Origin: a virus
Strand: one strand, 5' to 3'
Virus record (IMG/VR): IMGVR_UViG_3300009788_000096
Location: 1 to 64,000 of that record
Length of the DNA: 64,000 bases
Numbering within the stretch: the stretch's first letter is position 1; each line of letters starts with the position of its first letter. The position numbers and the translations under genes were made by a program. The notes beneath the pieces were generated by a model. The model was not told where the DNA came from. It saw only the letters and a list, made by a program, of their open reading frames with translations, and did not search any database. Below are positions 36,168 through 47,025 of this stretch, in pieces.

Positions 36168-37252
36168 TGGGAGTCTCAAACGCATTACTCACACAATTTG
36201 ATCCGCAATTGTATGCAACCGATGCTTACAATAAAACCAAAACTGGAAGTAGAGTTTTAATAACGGATCCTTCAACTGCTTATAAGCAAACTGACTTTGG
36301 TCTGGGGATACGTGTAGGGCAGGGGTATGCGGATATTGCCAGGGTTCATAGTGCAATACTTCCTTTTTCTTTTGGCGATGATGTTATGTTTTGGAGAGTC
36401 TGGTTTGAACCTGTTCTTATAGATGCTGGTTTTATTGTTGAAGATAAAGAATATTATGTGAAAGTTTGGAATGCGCATCTCGATGTGACAGCTTCTATTA
36501 CAGCAGTATCGTCAGTCAGTCCAGTGGGAACAACTATAACTCATGATCCGCTTCCTATAACGATTGGAAAGTTTGGAGATGAATGGATAACTATAAAGGT
36601 TCTTGAAGAAGGGCCTCCGGTACAAAATACTGTTTACGAATTCACAATCAATGCTGTTGACTATGAAACGGAAATAGATGGGATACGTGTTTCGCCATTT
36701 ATGTGGGAACCAAATTGGAATAAAAAAGTCAATGTCGAAATGCACTTTGATACGGCATTGGATAGAAATAAATACTTTGTCGAACAGCGTAGGCCATTGA
36801 GACACAAGCCATATTATAAGTTTTCTTTTAGTGTTAATCCAAGTGGTGTAGATGCACAGAAGTTAAAACAGTTATTAGCTTATGCCCATGATAAGGTTTT
36901 GGGCCTTCCTTTGTTTAATGAGCAAGCACATCCAAGTCAAAGTTTTAATGGTTCGGCCACTATAGTATGTTCGAATGATTTAAGTAAATTTTGGAATCTT
37001 AATAACCAAGCGACCTTTGTTGTAGTTGTAGATCATCAAGCATTGCAAGCGGAAATAAAAGAAATTGAATCCGTTGCTGCTGGCCAAATCGTTTGTACAC
37101 TCCCAGTTTCGGATACTTTTACTTGGCAGTCAAGTGTCGTCTATCCGGTGGTTATGGTCATTGGAGAAAGCTTTGACTTCCGTCCGGAAAGTGATGATGT
37201 AATTAACAGCAACCTAAGTTTCTCAGAATATGAAAGGTCAAGTGCTACATAA
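36167..37252 (+). CDS. tail protein
   Basis: VWNAH, WEPNW, EQR..LR..P motifs. Confidence 0.7.
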   Translation: MGVSNALLTQFDPQLYATDAYNKTKTGSRVLITDPSTAYKQTDFGLGIRVGQGYADIARVHSAILPFSFGDDVMFWRVWFEPVLIDAGFIVEDKEYYVKVWNAHLDVTASITAVSSVSPVGTTITHDPLPITIGKFGDEWITIKVLEEGPPVQNTVYEFTINAVDYETEIDGIRVSPFMWEPNWNKKVNVEMHFDTALDRNKYFVEQRRPLRHKPYYKFSFSVNPSGVDAQKLKQLLAYAHDKVLGLPLFNEQAHPSQSFNGSATIVCSNDLSKFWNLNNQATFVVVVDHQALQAEIKEIESVAAGQIVCTLPVSDTFTWQSSVVYPVVMVIGESFDFRPESDDVINSNLSFSEYERSSAT

Positions 37253-37866
37253 TGGCTGATAGTTTAGAAGACTTAGGAGGTTATAGTATTTTTCCAGTTG
37301 AACCCAATTGGCTTCATAAACCCAGTATGAATCTTGAGCTTGCAAGAATACTGATGAAGTATACTGGTACTGCCGCGAAGTTATCTTCCTTTACGGATCA
37401 TGTGCCAGAAGCATGGAAGTTGGGTTTTACTCCAAGTAAAGAAGATGAACATGACTTAATCGTTTTTTTCATTGCAAGGTATGGAAAGCATGGTGGTTTC
37501 TGGATAAAGATTCCAGCGCGGGAGTTTACACTTTACTCTAATTCCCTTAGTGGTTCAACGGAAATAAGGGTTGAAAATAATGGTGCTGAGCAACAGTATC
37601 AGGGATACGAAAGAATTTGGATAGACATGCACAGCAATGATATTTTAACCCGCAAGGTATTGACTACCACCAAGGAAGATGATTATCTTTCGTTGGGACT
37701 TAGTGTCTCTTTGGATAGGGACGTTACACCATCCACTCATTTTAAAATTTGTCGATTGCTCTTTTGTAGATTTGATGAAGATATGTTGAAGATGAGTTTT
37801 GGTCAGAACCAGTACCCCGACATAACACTTGCGGTACGCGAATTAGTTAGGGAATATCCAGCATGA
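37252..37866 (+). CDS. distal tail-like protein
   Basis: 'EPNW','FFIARYGKHGGFW','RFDED'. Confidence 0.6.
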   Translation: MADSLEDLGGYSIFPVEPNWLHKPSMNLELARILMKYTGTAAKLSSFTDHVPEAWKLGFTPSKEDEHDLIVFFIARYGKHGGFWIKIPAREFTLYSNSLSGSTEIRVENNGAEQQYQGYERIWIDMHSNDILTRKVLTTTKEDDYLSLGLSVSLDRDVTPSTHFKICRLLFCRFDEDMLKMSFGQNQYPDITLAVRELVREYPA

Positions 37867-38654
37867 CTTTAGCAACTGAATATCCTAAAGCAGAAATGGA
37901 GGCCATGCCGGAGATGTATGACTTCGAGTATGGAGGCACTCACGAAAGATTTACTTCTTGGTCACAGGATCTAACTTTCCTTGGATATACTTTCCATAAT
38001 GCACCAATTAAAAGAAGTGGTTTTTCTTTTGATAAAGAATTTACGAATGTTCGAGTAAACATAAACGCACCAGTAACCACTGGTTTCGAGCGATGGATTT
38101 CAAATGCTCCGTTGGAACCAACAGTGGTAACCATTTATCGCGGATTAAAATCTGATCTAACTGAATACACAATACTTTTTTCTGGGTGGATATTAAATGT
38201 TGGCTTTAAAGATCAGGTTGCATCTGCTACATGTGAGAGTAATTCGGGGATTTTAAATCACGTTGCCCCGCGAATCGTTTATCAGAGTTTCTGTAACCAT
38301 GAGTTATTTGATTCATATTGCAAACTTGATGATTCTTTATATGAAGTCCCAGCAGTAGTAACAGTAAGCGGAGCGGTTTTATCAAGTGCTACGTTTGATA
38401 GTTTCGATGATGATTACTTCAAAATGGGAAGATGCAGATTTGGTCAAGATGAAAGATTAATAACAGATCATACGGGAGCGGACATAGCTCTTCATATGCC
38501 ATTTGATGCATCGCTCGTAAACGGCTCAAGTGTTATAGGTCTTCCGGGATGTGATGGAAGTCCTGACGTTTGTAAAGCATTTGATAATTTCGATGATAAC
38601 TTTTTAGGCTTCGCTTATATACCGAGTAAGAATCCAGTAATTTGGGGTGTGTAA
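37863..38654 (+). CDS. BR0599/DUF2163-family baseplate hub protein
   Basis: CNHELFDSYC, PGCDG..VC..FDN..NFLGF.YIP. Confidence 0.85.
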   Translation: MTLATEYPKAEMEAMPEMYDFEYGGTHERFTSWSQDLTFLGYTFHNAPIKRSGFSFDKEFTNVRVNINAPVTTGFERWISNAPLEPTVVTIYRGLKSDLTEYTILFSGWILNVGFKDQVASATCESNSGILNHVAPRIVYQSFCNHELFDSYCKLDDSLYEVPAVVTVSGAVLSSATFDSFDDDYFKMGRCRFGQDERLITDHTGADIALHMPFDASLVNGSSVIGLPGCDGSPDVCKAFDNFDDNFLGFAYIPSKNPVIWGV

Positions 38655-39157
38655 TGATTCCGGTTTTTGAAAATGAAAAACTGTGGGAGCATATGGAAAG
38701 TATTCTTGCTTCGTGGCATAATACTCCTTACAAGCATATGGGGATGACGAAGCAAAGAGGTGCTGATTGCACAATGTTTTTGGCTTGCTGTTATAACGAA
38801 GCTGGAGTAATGGCAAATCTCTATCCGCCAGAATACTACCCGAGAGATTGGAACATTCATACCGGAGAAGAACTGGTGCGAAACAGTTTAATATACCATC
38901 TGCAAACAGGCTTGGCTAAAGGCTTTACTGCAGATATTTTTGAAAAGAAAGAAATTGAAAGAGAAGACTTTATTCGCGGCGATCTGCTTGGGTTCAAAAC
39001 GCCAAGAAGTAAATGCACTAATCATACAGCCATGTGGTTGGGCAGAGATGATTGGATGGTGAATTGTATTCAAGGTGGGGGAGTTTGCGAATTAGAATGG
39101 ACACGTGTTTGGAATAGACTTTTTACTACCGCATTTAGAATAATGGTTAAGGAGTAA
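38654..39157 (+). CDS. NlpC/P60 tail-associated peptidase
   Basis: WHNTPYKH..GADC..GDLL..NHTA. Confidence 0.85.
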   Translation: MIPVFENEKLWEHMESILASWHNTPYKHMGMTKQRGADCTMFLACCYNEAGVMANLYPPEYYPRDWNIHTGEELVRNSLIYHLQTGLAKGFTADIFEKKEIEREDFIRGDLLGFKTPRSKCTNHTAMWLGRDDWMVNCIQGGGVCELEWTRVWNRLFTTAFRIMVKE

Positions 39158-39159
39158 TT

Positions 39160-41454
39160 ATGGGATTAGTACTCGCTGCTGTTGCTGTCGCTGTTATTAT
39201 CGGAGGCGCAGCTCTCGCTTATATGTTCGCAGGCAAGGGCGGAGGGCAGCAACCCGATATGTCTCCTTCAACGATGGATGACATGGATATCACTCAGGCA
39301 GCGGAAGGTTCCGTTGTTCCTGTTGTATACGGTCGTGTCCGTTTGGCTGGAAATATTATATGGTATGAAAATTTAAACACTGTCGCAGAAACACAAGAAG
39401 TCGAAACAGGGAAAGGTGGTAGCGATGAAGAGGATGTGATAACAGGTTATCATTACTACCTTGATGTTTGGCAAGCGGTCTGTCGTGGGAAGATTTCTTG
39501 GATTGCAACCTATGTCCAAGATGAACTTAAGAATGTCAACGCAACTTTGACTTTGAAAAATGATGGAACGCAGAATACTTTTCCTTCTGCTTTACAAATA
39601 AGTTTTGGTGATGATACTCCACCGGGAGAAAACGCAAATAAACTTCCGGGCATTGCTCACGTTTTTTATAGAAAACTATATCTCGGCTTAAATGCAACCA
39701 ATGCGCCAACGATCCATTTTATTGTTGAAAAAGATTTGACTGGCATCGGAGTGACTGATCCCGAGATTGCGAATGGTTCAAATCCACATGCCATTATTTA
39801 TGATATACTTCTTGAAGCTGGAGCTCTTTCTTCCCAAATAGATATAGATTCATTTAATGCAGCTGGTCAATATTGGAAAGATAAAGGTTATGGATTAAAT
39901 CTAAAATTCACGAGGCAAAGTAAAGCGAAAGAGAAGATTGCTTTTATCTTGAAGATGCTTGGTGGTGCATTCGGTGTAAATCATGAAAACAAGTTTATTC
40001 TAAAAGCATTTGATGAAAACGATACTTCTTCTGCGACTATTAATACCGAAGATTGGTTGGAGTTTCAGTTCGCCAGAAGAACTTGGTTTGATACCTTTAA
40101 TGAATTCCGTTGTAACTATGTAGACCAGAATCAACACTATAGTCAAAGGACTTTGATTGCGCGGAACCCTGCTAACACTGCATTGCAGGGAAAGAAGTCT
40201 TCGGTGTCAATTGACTTGTCTGGTTTCCGTTCGAAACTTACTGCTGCTAAACGCCTATGGGAGATAATGAAAAAGGAGAGTTATCCCTATGCGAAGATAA
40301 AGGGTTCAACATCTTTAAAGCTTTATGAAACCAATGTAGGCGACATTGTAACAATAAACAATAGCGAATACAATATTGCCGATGCTGAATTTCGTGTTGT
40401 CGTAAAAGATATTTCTGAAATTGATCAAAATAAAATCGGCTGGGAACTGGAGCAATTTAGCGAAACTCTTTTCGATGACTATTATGGCTCTGGTGGGTTT
40501 CCGGGCGGAGTTCGTCCTGTTACGGTTCCAGAGAAGCTTATCCATCAAGGCGTCTATGAAATTCCTTATAATCCAGCGACGGAATATCATAGAGTTTATT
40601 TACTCTTCGCTGCAAGGGAGAATAACTTCGAGGCAGGGTTTGAAGTGCTCTTTTCTGCGACAGGAGTTGACTATACGAGTAAAGGTATTTTCAATGCATG
40701 GTCGCAGTACGGGACTTTAGATGAAGCATACACAATAAACACTTATACTATCGATGATGAAATAGGAATTTTATATACTCCATATCGGGATGATCCGCAA
40801 TTCGCAACGGGAAGCAGAACCGATTTGTTTGTGATTGATCGATATCTTTTAATTGATGATGAGATTATGAAGTTCCAAACGGTTACGGCAGAAGGGCCAG
40901 GCAGTTATCGCTTGACTGGTGTGATTCGGGGTATGTTTAATACGATTCCCGCTACGCATGGTTCTGGTTCTTCAATTTGGTTATTCAATTTAAGTGCGAG
41001 TAGTATGTTACGCAATATCTCATCATCGGATTTCTATTTGAAATTTTTACCTTATTATAAGAGCAAGAAAGTCGATCCCGGTGATGCGACGGCGATTCAT
41101 GTTACGACCGTTTATAATAGGGCAAAGCAACCTTGGATTCCAACTGCTATAAAGGCGGTCAGGAGTGGGTCTGATGTAACCCTCACTATTTATACTACAA
41201 CACAAACACGCGACGGCGCTGGTAAAGCTGGGGCTGCCTCACAAACTGATTATGTACCGACAAGTGTTGACGATAAGCTGGAAGTGTATGATAGTGACGA
41301 GGGATCCGGTGCCAGTCAACTATTAACAAGTGGCGCGGATTCAAGAAGTAATGCTGGAGCATTTACTTATTACGCAAGGCAAAAGAATGGAACCTTTACT
41401 TCAAGTTGGGTTTCGGTTTATGTTGATACTGCCGATGGAATATATTGGAGCTAA
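39160..41454 (+). CDS. tail tip/central tail fibre protein
   Basis: EGSVVPVVYGRVRLAGNIIW, NPHAIIYDIL, RGMFNT.PATH. Confidence 0.85.
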   Translation: MGLVLAAVAVAVIIGGAALAYMFAGKGGGQQPDMSPSTMDDMDITQAAEGSVVPVVYGRVRLAGNIIWYENLNTVAETQEVETGKGGSDEEDVITGYHYYLDVWQAVCRGKISWIATYVQDELKNVNATLTLKNDGTQNTFPSALQISFGDDTPPGENANKLPGIAHVFYRKLYLGLNATNAPTIHFIVEKDLTGIGVTDPEIANGSNPHAIIYDILLEAGALSSQIDIDSFNAAGQYWKDKGYGLNLKFTRQSKAKEKIAFILKMLGGAFGVNHENKFILKAFDENDTSSATINTEDWLEFQFARRTWFDTFNEFRCNYVDQNQHYSQRTLIARNPANTALQGKKSSVSIDLSGFRSKLTAAKRLWEIMKKESYPYAKIKGSTSLKLYETNVGDIVTINNSEYNIADAEFRVVVKDISEIDQNKIGWELEQFSETLFDDYYGSGGFPGGVRPVTVPEKLIHQGVYEIPYNPATEYHRVYLLFAARENNFEAGFEVLFSATGVDYTSKGIFNAWSQYGTLDEAYTINTYTIDDEIGILYTPYRDDPQFATGSRTDLFVIDRYLLIDDEIMKFQTVTAEGPGSYRLTGVIRGMFNTIPATHGSGSSIWLFNLSASSMLRNISSSDFYLKFLPYYKSKKVDPGDATAIHVTTVYNRAKQPWIPTAIKAVRSGSDVTLTIYTTTQTRDGAGKAGAASQTDYVPTSVDDKLEVYDSDEGSGASQLLTSGADSRSNAGAFTYYARQKNGTFTSSWVSVYVDTADGIYWS

Positions 41455-41458
41455 TTAA

Positions 41459-43729
41459 ATGGCAAAGCTTTCACCGACACAATTACAGAAGTTAAAATAT
41501 GCCACGCAGGGCTGGAATGAAATAATGGAGCGAAATGCTCGACTGCTGGATGAAACACTTCTGAAAGTATCCGGAATGGTCGATGTCAATTTGACTTCAT
41601 TGTCGAATGATGATATGCTTGTATGGGATGTACCGACCCAGAAGTTTATCAACGTTCCTTGGAGTACGATAATTGCACCTACTACTACCACAACCACTTC
41701 GACATCAACGACGACTGCGACTTCAACGACGACTGCGACTTCAGCGTTGCTCCTGCTGATTTATTACAACATGGAATCATTGCTGAATACAACTACAACA
41801 ACGACAACCACTACAACGACTACTGTTACAACGACGAGTTTTACTTGTGCCATCGGATATTCTGGGAACTTGTGTGGGGTTCCTACAAATGCGTTCTGTT
41901 ATCAAAACTACGGCGGTTATACATGCAGTCAGGCATTTACGGATCATACTGATCCATGGGCAAGTGGTCCTGCTGATCAACAATATAGTGGTTACACTTT
42001 TGGGGTTCCTCAAATTGTTAATAAGATTGATATCCAAGCCCATACCTCTCCATACAATCGCCATCCGGTCGCTTTCCAATTCCGTGCTTCTAATGGTTCT
42101 GCACCAACTAATCTATCAGAAGCAGAAGGTGGTACGCAGATATTGCAAGTAAAGATGGCAGGGACGTTTGACTATCCAACCCACCATAGTGTTGGTGATC
42201 TTGGCCATTGGTCTTCTGAAGAAGTCAAAACTTGGACATTTTCAAATATCACCGCATATAAACACTATTGGATATTGATGTGGGATAAGGATGAAGCTAA
42301 TTTTAGTAGAGGTGCTGATTTTCATATTGGCGAAATGAATATGTATAGTTGTGGGGCAAGGCTAAGTACTACCACAACAACGACTTCTACAACAACGACA
42401 ACTATGACTGTTTGTACGACAACAACTGTTACGGTACCATTTTATAAGTGTGCTTTAGATCCAGTCGATCTGGGTGCTAATATTACTTTGCAGCATTATA
42501 ACATGAGGGCAATCCATTCTGCTGCCAGTGCTTGGAATTCCGCTATAAGTAAATATTATACAAGAAAGAATGCTTTCGGACAGAATAAGTTTTACTTTGA
42601 AATTGAATGTCGACCTTCTACTGATGATCAATGGATTCTCGGTCTTGCCAATGAAAGTTTCAATGTTGATGGATATCCTGGCGATAGTACAGCCGGTTGG
42701 GGTTATCGTGGAAATGGGAACAAGTATTACAATGGGAGTGCTGGAGGTTATGGAGATGCATTTGGCGATGGCGACGTTATCGGTGTAGCCTTTAACTTGC
42801 TTACAAATAAAGTTTGGTTCTCCAAGAATGGCGCATGGCAAGCCGGTGGTGATCCTGCTGCGGGTACGGGTGAAGCATATAGTAATTTGACTGGATCACA
42901 ATTCTATGCGGCAATCGGACTTTATCAAGAAACTCATGGTCAATTAAGATTGTCTTCAGATGATTGGGACTCTGTGGCACCTTCAGGATTTGTTGAATTT
43001 GCTTGTGATGAGATTACAACAACGACTTCAACAACGACAACCTCAACGACAACCACAACAAGTTCAGTAAGCACAACAACTGTTACGGTGCCATTATATA
43101 AGTGTGCTTTTGACCCGGCTAATAAAGGTGCTTTTATTACTTTGGAATATTACAATAAACGGGCTCGGTCAACCGGTTCTAATTGGGACTCTGCGGCAAG
43201 TAAATATTATACAAGAAAGAGTGCATTCGGACAAAATAAATTTTACTTTGAATCATATCTACATTCTGGAAATAATATGATTCATGGTATTGGAAATGAA
43301 AACCTTGTCACTACAAATTATCCGGGCAGTGATGCAAATGGTTGGGGTTATAATACTGCCAATGGTAGAAAGTATCACAGTGGCGCTTGGACACTTATTG
43401 GTAGTGCAATGAGTCAAGGCGAAACTGTTGGTATCGCAATTGACTTAACTGATTTGGATATAGGCCAAGGCAAGATTTGGTTTGCCGATCAAGGTTCATG
43501 GATAGAAGGCGATCCTGCAGCTGGCACCGGAGCAAGTTATAGTAATTTGACTGGAGCGCAGATTTATGCGCTGATCGCTGCCTATAGTAATGGTGTAACG
43601 GCCGAACTTAGATTATCTTCTGACGATTGGGTCCAGTCCGCTCCGTCGGGATTTGTTGAATTTGCTTGTGTTGAGATTACCACCACAACGACAACAACGA
43701 CAACCACTACAACGACAACTACAACATAG
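41459..43729 (+). CDS. modular tail fibre/adhesin: anchor, discoidin-like domain and two SPRY (B30.2) domains, joined by poly-Thr linkers
   Basis: FYFE..G..YPG....WGY..NG.KY..GDVIGVA..VWFSKNG x2; five Thr tracts. Confidence 0.8.
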   Translation: MAKLSPTQLQKLKYATQGWNEIMERNARLLDETLLKVSGMVDVNLTSLSNDDMLVWDVPTQKFINVPWSTIIAPTTTTTTSTSTTTATSTTTATSALLLLIYYNMESLLNTTTTTTTTTTTTVTTTSFTCAIGYSGNLCGVPTNAFCYQNYGGYTCSQAFTDHTDPWASGPADQQYSGYTFGVPQIVNKIDIQAHTSPYNRHPVAFQFRASNGSAPTNLSEAEGGTQILQVKMAGTFDYPTHHSVGDLGHWSSEEVKTWTFSNITAYKHYWILMWDKDEANFSRGADFHIGEMNMYSCGARLSTTTTTTSTTTTTMTVCTTTTVTVPFYKCALDPVDLGANITLQHYNMRAIHSAASAWNSAISKYYTRKNAFGQNKFYFEIECRPSTDDQWILGLANESFNVDGYPGDSTAGWGYRGNGNKYYNGSAGGYGDAFGDGDVIGVAFNLLTNKVWFSKNGAWQAGGDPAAGTGEAYSNLTGSQFYAAIGLYQETHGQLRLSSDDWDSVAPSGFVEFACDEITTTTSTTTTSTTTTTSSVSTTTVTVPLYKCAFDPANKGAFITLEYYNKRARSTGSNWDSAASKYYTRKSAFGQNKFYFESYLHSGNNMIHGIGNENLVTTNYPGSDANGWGYNTANGRKYHSGAWTLIGSAMSQGETVGIAIDLTDLDIGQGKIWFADQGSWIEGDPAAGTGASYSNLTGAQIYALIAAYSNGVTAELRLSSDDWVQSAPSGFVEFACVEITTTTTTTTTTTTTTTT

Positions 43730-43737
43730 AGTATATA

Positions 43738-45012
43738 ATGAAAAAGTTTCCTGACATTCAAGCGAATTATCCGGGTCGAGCATTTGGCGTCGTTCAAACG
43801 ACTACCAGACCTCTGCTCGGTACTTATAGCTTTGACTTCGACGGCACGGACTTTATAAGAACTGTAGTCCATCCCGGAACCGATATCAATATTGCGATTT
43901 CATTATGGATTCGTTTTGATACGGTTCCAACGGATGCAGTCAATAGACCTGTTGCTATAATGAGTAATAGTGATGGAACTAATTCTGGTCTTGGATTAGT
44001 CAAAGTCACCGGAGCCGCAAGAGTTCATATGGTTCGTTCTGCAAATGGAGCTGCCGGAGCTTATGAAGTAGACGATCAAGCAACTCCCGGTTCTGGCTTT
44101 GCGGTTTCTCCTAATACTTGGTATCACATGGTTGTGCAGAAGACAACTACGAATTTTGAACTTTGGGTCAATGCTGTTAAGGTTCTTGATCGAGCCGGCT
44201 CCTTTGGCAATGCCGATGCGACCGGATTTGATGGATTACTTCTTGGCTCTAAAACAGATAATTCAAATGGAATCGACGGGAAGATTGATCAAGTCAAAGT
44301 ATTTGATCTTGGTACCAGCGGCGGTTTAGCTCAAAGTCAAATTCGTGAGTTATATTTTGAAGGTGCAACAACGACAACTACTTCAACGACAACCACGACA
44401 ACCACGACAACTACTTCAACAACGATTGATCTTTGTCCTGGTGGATATTCCTCTGAATTATGTACTGATGGGGTAAACAGGGCATTTTGTCGTCAGACCT
44501 ATGGTGGTTATCAATGTTCCTGGGCTTTTGATGGTAACTATAATAACCCGTGGGTGGGTGGTACATTAGATCAGCAATACGTTGGTTACAGTTTCGTCGT
44601 TCCACAAATTGTCAATAAATTTTCTATTCTTGCATATAATGGTTCGACATTTCCGAGGACGCCGGATGCTTTCCAACTCCGTGCTTCTAATACTGCTGCC
44701 CCAACTAATTTAACAGAAGCTGAGGGCGGTACATTAATCCATCAAGTAAAGATGCCGGGAACGTTTGACTACCCAACCCATCATACTGTTGGTAACCTCG
44801 GGCATTGGAGTCAAGGCGAACTTAAATCTTGGGAATTCGATAATGGCATTGCATATAAACATTATTGGATGCTGTTCTGGGACAAAGATGAAAACGACTT
44901 TGGTCGGAGTGGGGATTATAATTTTGGTGACCTCAGTATGTATAGCTGCGGCCCACGTTTAACAACGACAACCACGACAACCACGACTTCAACGACAACT
45001 ACTTCATCATAA
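43738..45012 (+). CDS. LamG-like plus discoidin-like domain protein with poly-Thr
   Basis: FDGTD..ISLWI..NTWYHMVV..LWVN..GKIDQVKVF; second domain paralogous to that of 41459-43729. Confidence 0.8.
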   Translation: MKKFPDIQANYPGRAFGVVQTTTRPLLGTYSFDFDGTDFIRTVVHPGTDINIAISLWIRFDTVPTDAVNRPVAIMSNSDGTNSGLGLVKVTGAARVHMVRSANGAAGAYEVDDQATPGSGFAVSPNTWYHMVVQKTTTNFELWVNAVKVLDRAGSFGNADATGFDGLLLGSKTDNSNGIDGKIDQVKVFDLGTSGGLAQSQIRELYFEGATTTTTSTTTTTTTTTTSTTIDLCPGGYSSELCTDGVNRAFCRQTYGGYQCSWAFDGNYNNPWVGGTLDQQYVGYSFVVPQIVNKFSILAYNGSTFPRTPDAFQLRASNTAAPTNLTEAEGGTLIHQVKMPGTFDYPTHHTVGNLGHWSQGELKSWEFDNGIAYKHYWMLFWDKDENDFGRSGDYNFGDLSMYSCGPRLTTTTTTTTTSTTTTSS

Positions 45013-45020
45013 GGTGACTA

Positions 45021-45230
45021 ATGACTATACTATCACCCAGCGGTTTGGAAACGGACGATTATAGCCAAGCAAATTGGTGGGCAATCTATAACAGAAATGT
45101 GGAACTGTTGAATGCTGTTTTGATAAAGTTGCAGGGATTGGGAGACGTAAAGGTAGACAAGTTAAAAGATGACAGTTTTCTTTTCTGGGATGATGCTAAT
45201 TCGAAATGGAAAGTGGGGATTTATCCATAA
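45021..45230 (+). CDS. small protein paralogous to the fibre N-terminal anchor
   Basis: LSP.GL...Y...W....RN..LL...L.K..G..DV....L.DD..L.WD. Confidence 0.7.
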   Translation: MTILSPSGLETDDYSQANWWAIYNRNVELLNAVLIKLQGLGDVKVDKLKDDSFLFWDDANSKWKVGIYP

Positions 45231-45511
45231 TGGCAACCTATTATACATTGACTAACACTGGTTTGCGTTATTCTGATATTGGTTATTCTGCATGGAATGT
45301 CAATGTCAATAACTATAACTGGAGCGCGCTCAATAATACTCTCTTGAAGTATTCGGCTTTGTTAGACGTTGATCCCACTGGCTTAGTTCAAGGCGACGTT
45401 TTAATATATAACTCATCTTCTGAAAAATGGGAAAGGAAAGCTTTAAACCCTGGCTATCACGTGATCAGTACAACGACAACTACGACTTCTACTACTACGA
45501 CTTCGACATAA
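45230..45511 (+). CDS. small anchor-domain paralog with C-terminal poly-Thr
   Basis: LNNTLLKYSALLDVD...GDVLIYN...STTTTTTSTTTTST. Confidence 0.7.
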   Translation: MATYYTLTNTGLRYSDIGYSAWNVNVNNYNWSALNNTLLKYSALLDVDPTGLVQGDVLIYNSSSEKWERKALNPGYHVISTTTTTTSTTTTST

Positions 45512-45519
45512 GGAGCGGC

Positions 45520-46053
45520 ATGGATATTAAATTCTTCGTAAAAGACTACTGGTCAATTGTTTTAAGTTGCATTGCATTAGTTACTTCCGTCATAATTGTT
45601 TGGAGATATAAGATTCCAGATATTGAGAAGCGACTGACAAAGGTTGAATTAACTTCACATTCGCAAGAAGTAACCCGACTTGACTTAACCGATCGAGTTT
45701 CAAAACATGAAATTTATCGTAAGGATGGAAGCTATATATATCAACAATCTGAGGGTTGCAAGAAGATGCAGGACACATGCCAGACAAAGATCTGCATGAA
45801 AATTGATGGAGTAACTAAAATTATGAATAAACGAATGGTTTCAATCGAAGACAAGATGGAAGAAATGGATCTTTCAAGAGAAAGCACCAGAAGCGAATTT
45901 AAAGAAGTATTAGAAAAATTGCACAAGCAACAAGTTGAGATGGTAAGGGTCGCTACGCAAGTGAAGACATTGCTGGCAAATGGTCAAGCGCAGCAGACCG
46001 CAATTATAGTTAGAGAAGTACTCAAAGAGATCAAACAGAACCGCTTGGTTTAG
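45520..46053 (+). CDS. membrane-anchored coiled-coil protein (lysis region)
   Basis: AGGAG SD; N-terminal TM helix. Confidence 0.65.
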   Translation: MDIKFFVKDYWSIVLSCIALVTSVIIVWRYKIPDIEKRLTKVELTSHSQEVTRLDLTDRVSKHEIYRKDGSYIYQQSEGCKKMQDTCQTKICMKIDGVTKIMNKRMVSIEDKMEEMDLSRESTRSEFKEVLEKLHKQQVEMVRVATQVKTLLANGQAQQTAIIVREVLKEIKQNRLV

Positions 46054-46070
46054 GCAAGGAGGTGTTATAT

Positions 46071-46349
46071 ATGGAAGAAGTTAGTTTTGGGGCTTATGCG
46101 GCTCCGGTGTTGCTAACAGTCATTTTAGGTATTGTCTACAAGTTCGTCGATGCCACTGGTAAATGGAAAGTGTTAATAGCAGTACTCTGCGGAATCGGTC
46201 TGGGAGTGCTTGCTATCGCTTACCAAGGGAAGGAATGGTCCATCGTGAACATTGTGGACTTCGCGATCTACGGATTGATGCTTGGTGCCAGTGCCATTGG
46301 TTTGCATCAAATGCAGAAGCAGGCAAGAAAGCCGAAGAAAAAAGTTTAA
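46071..46349 (+). CDS. holin
   Basis: Three TM helices, GASAIGLHQ, basic C-terminus. Confidence 0.75.
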   Translation: MEEVSFGAYAAPVLLTVILGIVYKFVDATGKWKVLIAVLCGIGLGVLAIAYQGKEWSIVNIVDFAIYGLMLGASAIGLHQMQKQARKPKKKV

Positions 46350-46381
46350 TAAAAAATTCAATAAGAAGGAGGTGAAGTTAA

Positions 46382-46789
46382 ATGAGGAAAATGCGTAATT
46401 CTTTAATCTGCTTGGTTATCTTTTTTGCAATGGTAACGATGGCATGTCAAAGCGGTATCGGTGGGATGAGCGTAAAGCAGCAAGCGGCATGGACGAACAA
46501 TGTCTATGCGAGGCAGTATGACTTGTATCTCGACCAGATTTTACTACCGTCGATTTCAGGAAGTGAACGTCAGACCTTGAAGGATAATCCAAGGCTAATC
46601 ACGCAAGACATGCTGCGTACAAACTTTAGCAAGAATGAAGCCGAAGTCCTTAAGGCGAAGAAGCAAGTCTTTACGGAGCTGCATCCGCTGCTGGTAACGT
46701 ATAACGAATATATCACCGGCGGCATGGCGGTACCGGCGAACCTTGAGTACCAGATTGTCTCGCTAATCAACCGGCTTCTGGCTGATTAG
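46382..46789 (+). CDS. lipoprotein (spanin-like?)
   Basis: Signal peptide with TMAC lipobox. Confidence 0.65.
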   Translation: MRKMRNSLICLVIFFAMVTMACQSGIGGMSVKQQAAWTNNVYARQYDLYLDQILLPSISGSERQTLKDNPRLITQDMLRTNFSKNEAEVLKAKKQVFTELHPLLVTYNEYITGGMAVPANLEYQIVSLINRLLAD

Positions 46790-46830
46790 CCTCAACCGAA
46801 ATTTAATTTCTGAAAAAGGAGCAATTTAAA

Positions 46831-47025
46831 ATGAGTCAAGAAGCAACTGTTAATATGGTTGCCGGTCTGGTCAGCTTGGCTGTGGAGTTCGCTGCGGCTT
46901 CCAATATCGCAAAGGAAGACGTTGATCGCATTTATGCGGAGTCCTATGAAAAAGTCAAAGCGAAAGATCCGGCGACTCATGCCCATCCAGATTTTGATGA
47001 GGCAACGGAAGGCGGTGGCGAATGA
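46831..47025 (+). CDS. hypothetical protein
   Basis: AAAGGAG SD. Confidence 0.6.
   Translation: MSQEATVNMVAGLVSLAVEFAAASNIAKEDVDRIYAESYEKVKAKDPATHAHPDFDEATEGGGE

Noticed and set aside
41680-45010. ACN-rich tracts as microsatellites or DGR variable repeats
   Set aside because: Third codon positions are mixed and always in the Thr frame. There is no reverse transcriptase, and the duplicated domains differ at all bases rather than only at adenines.
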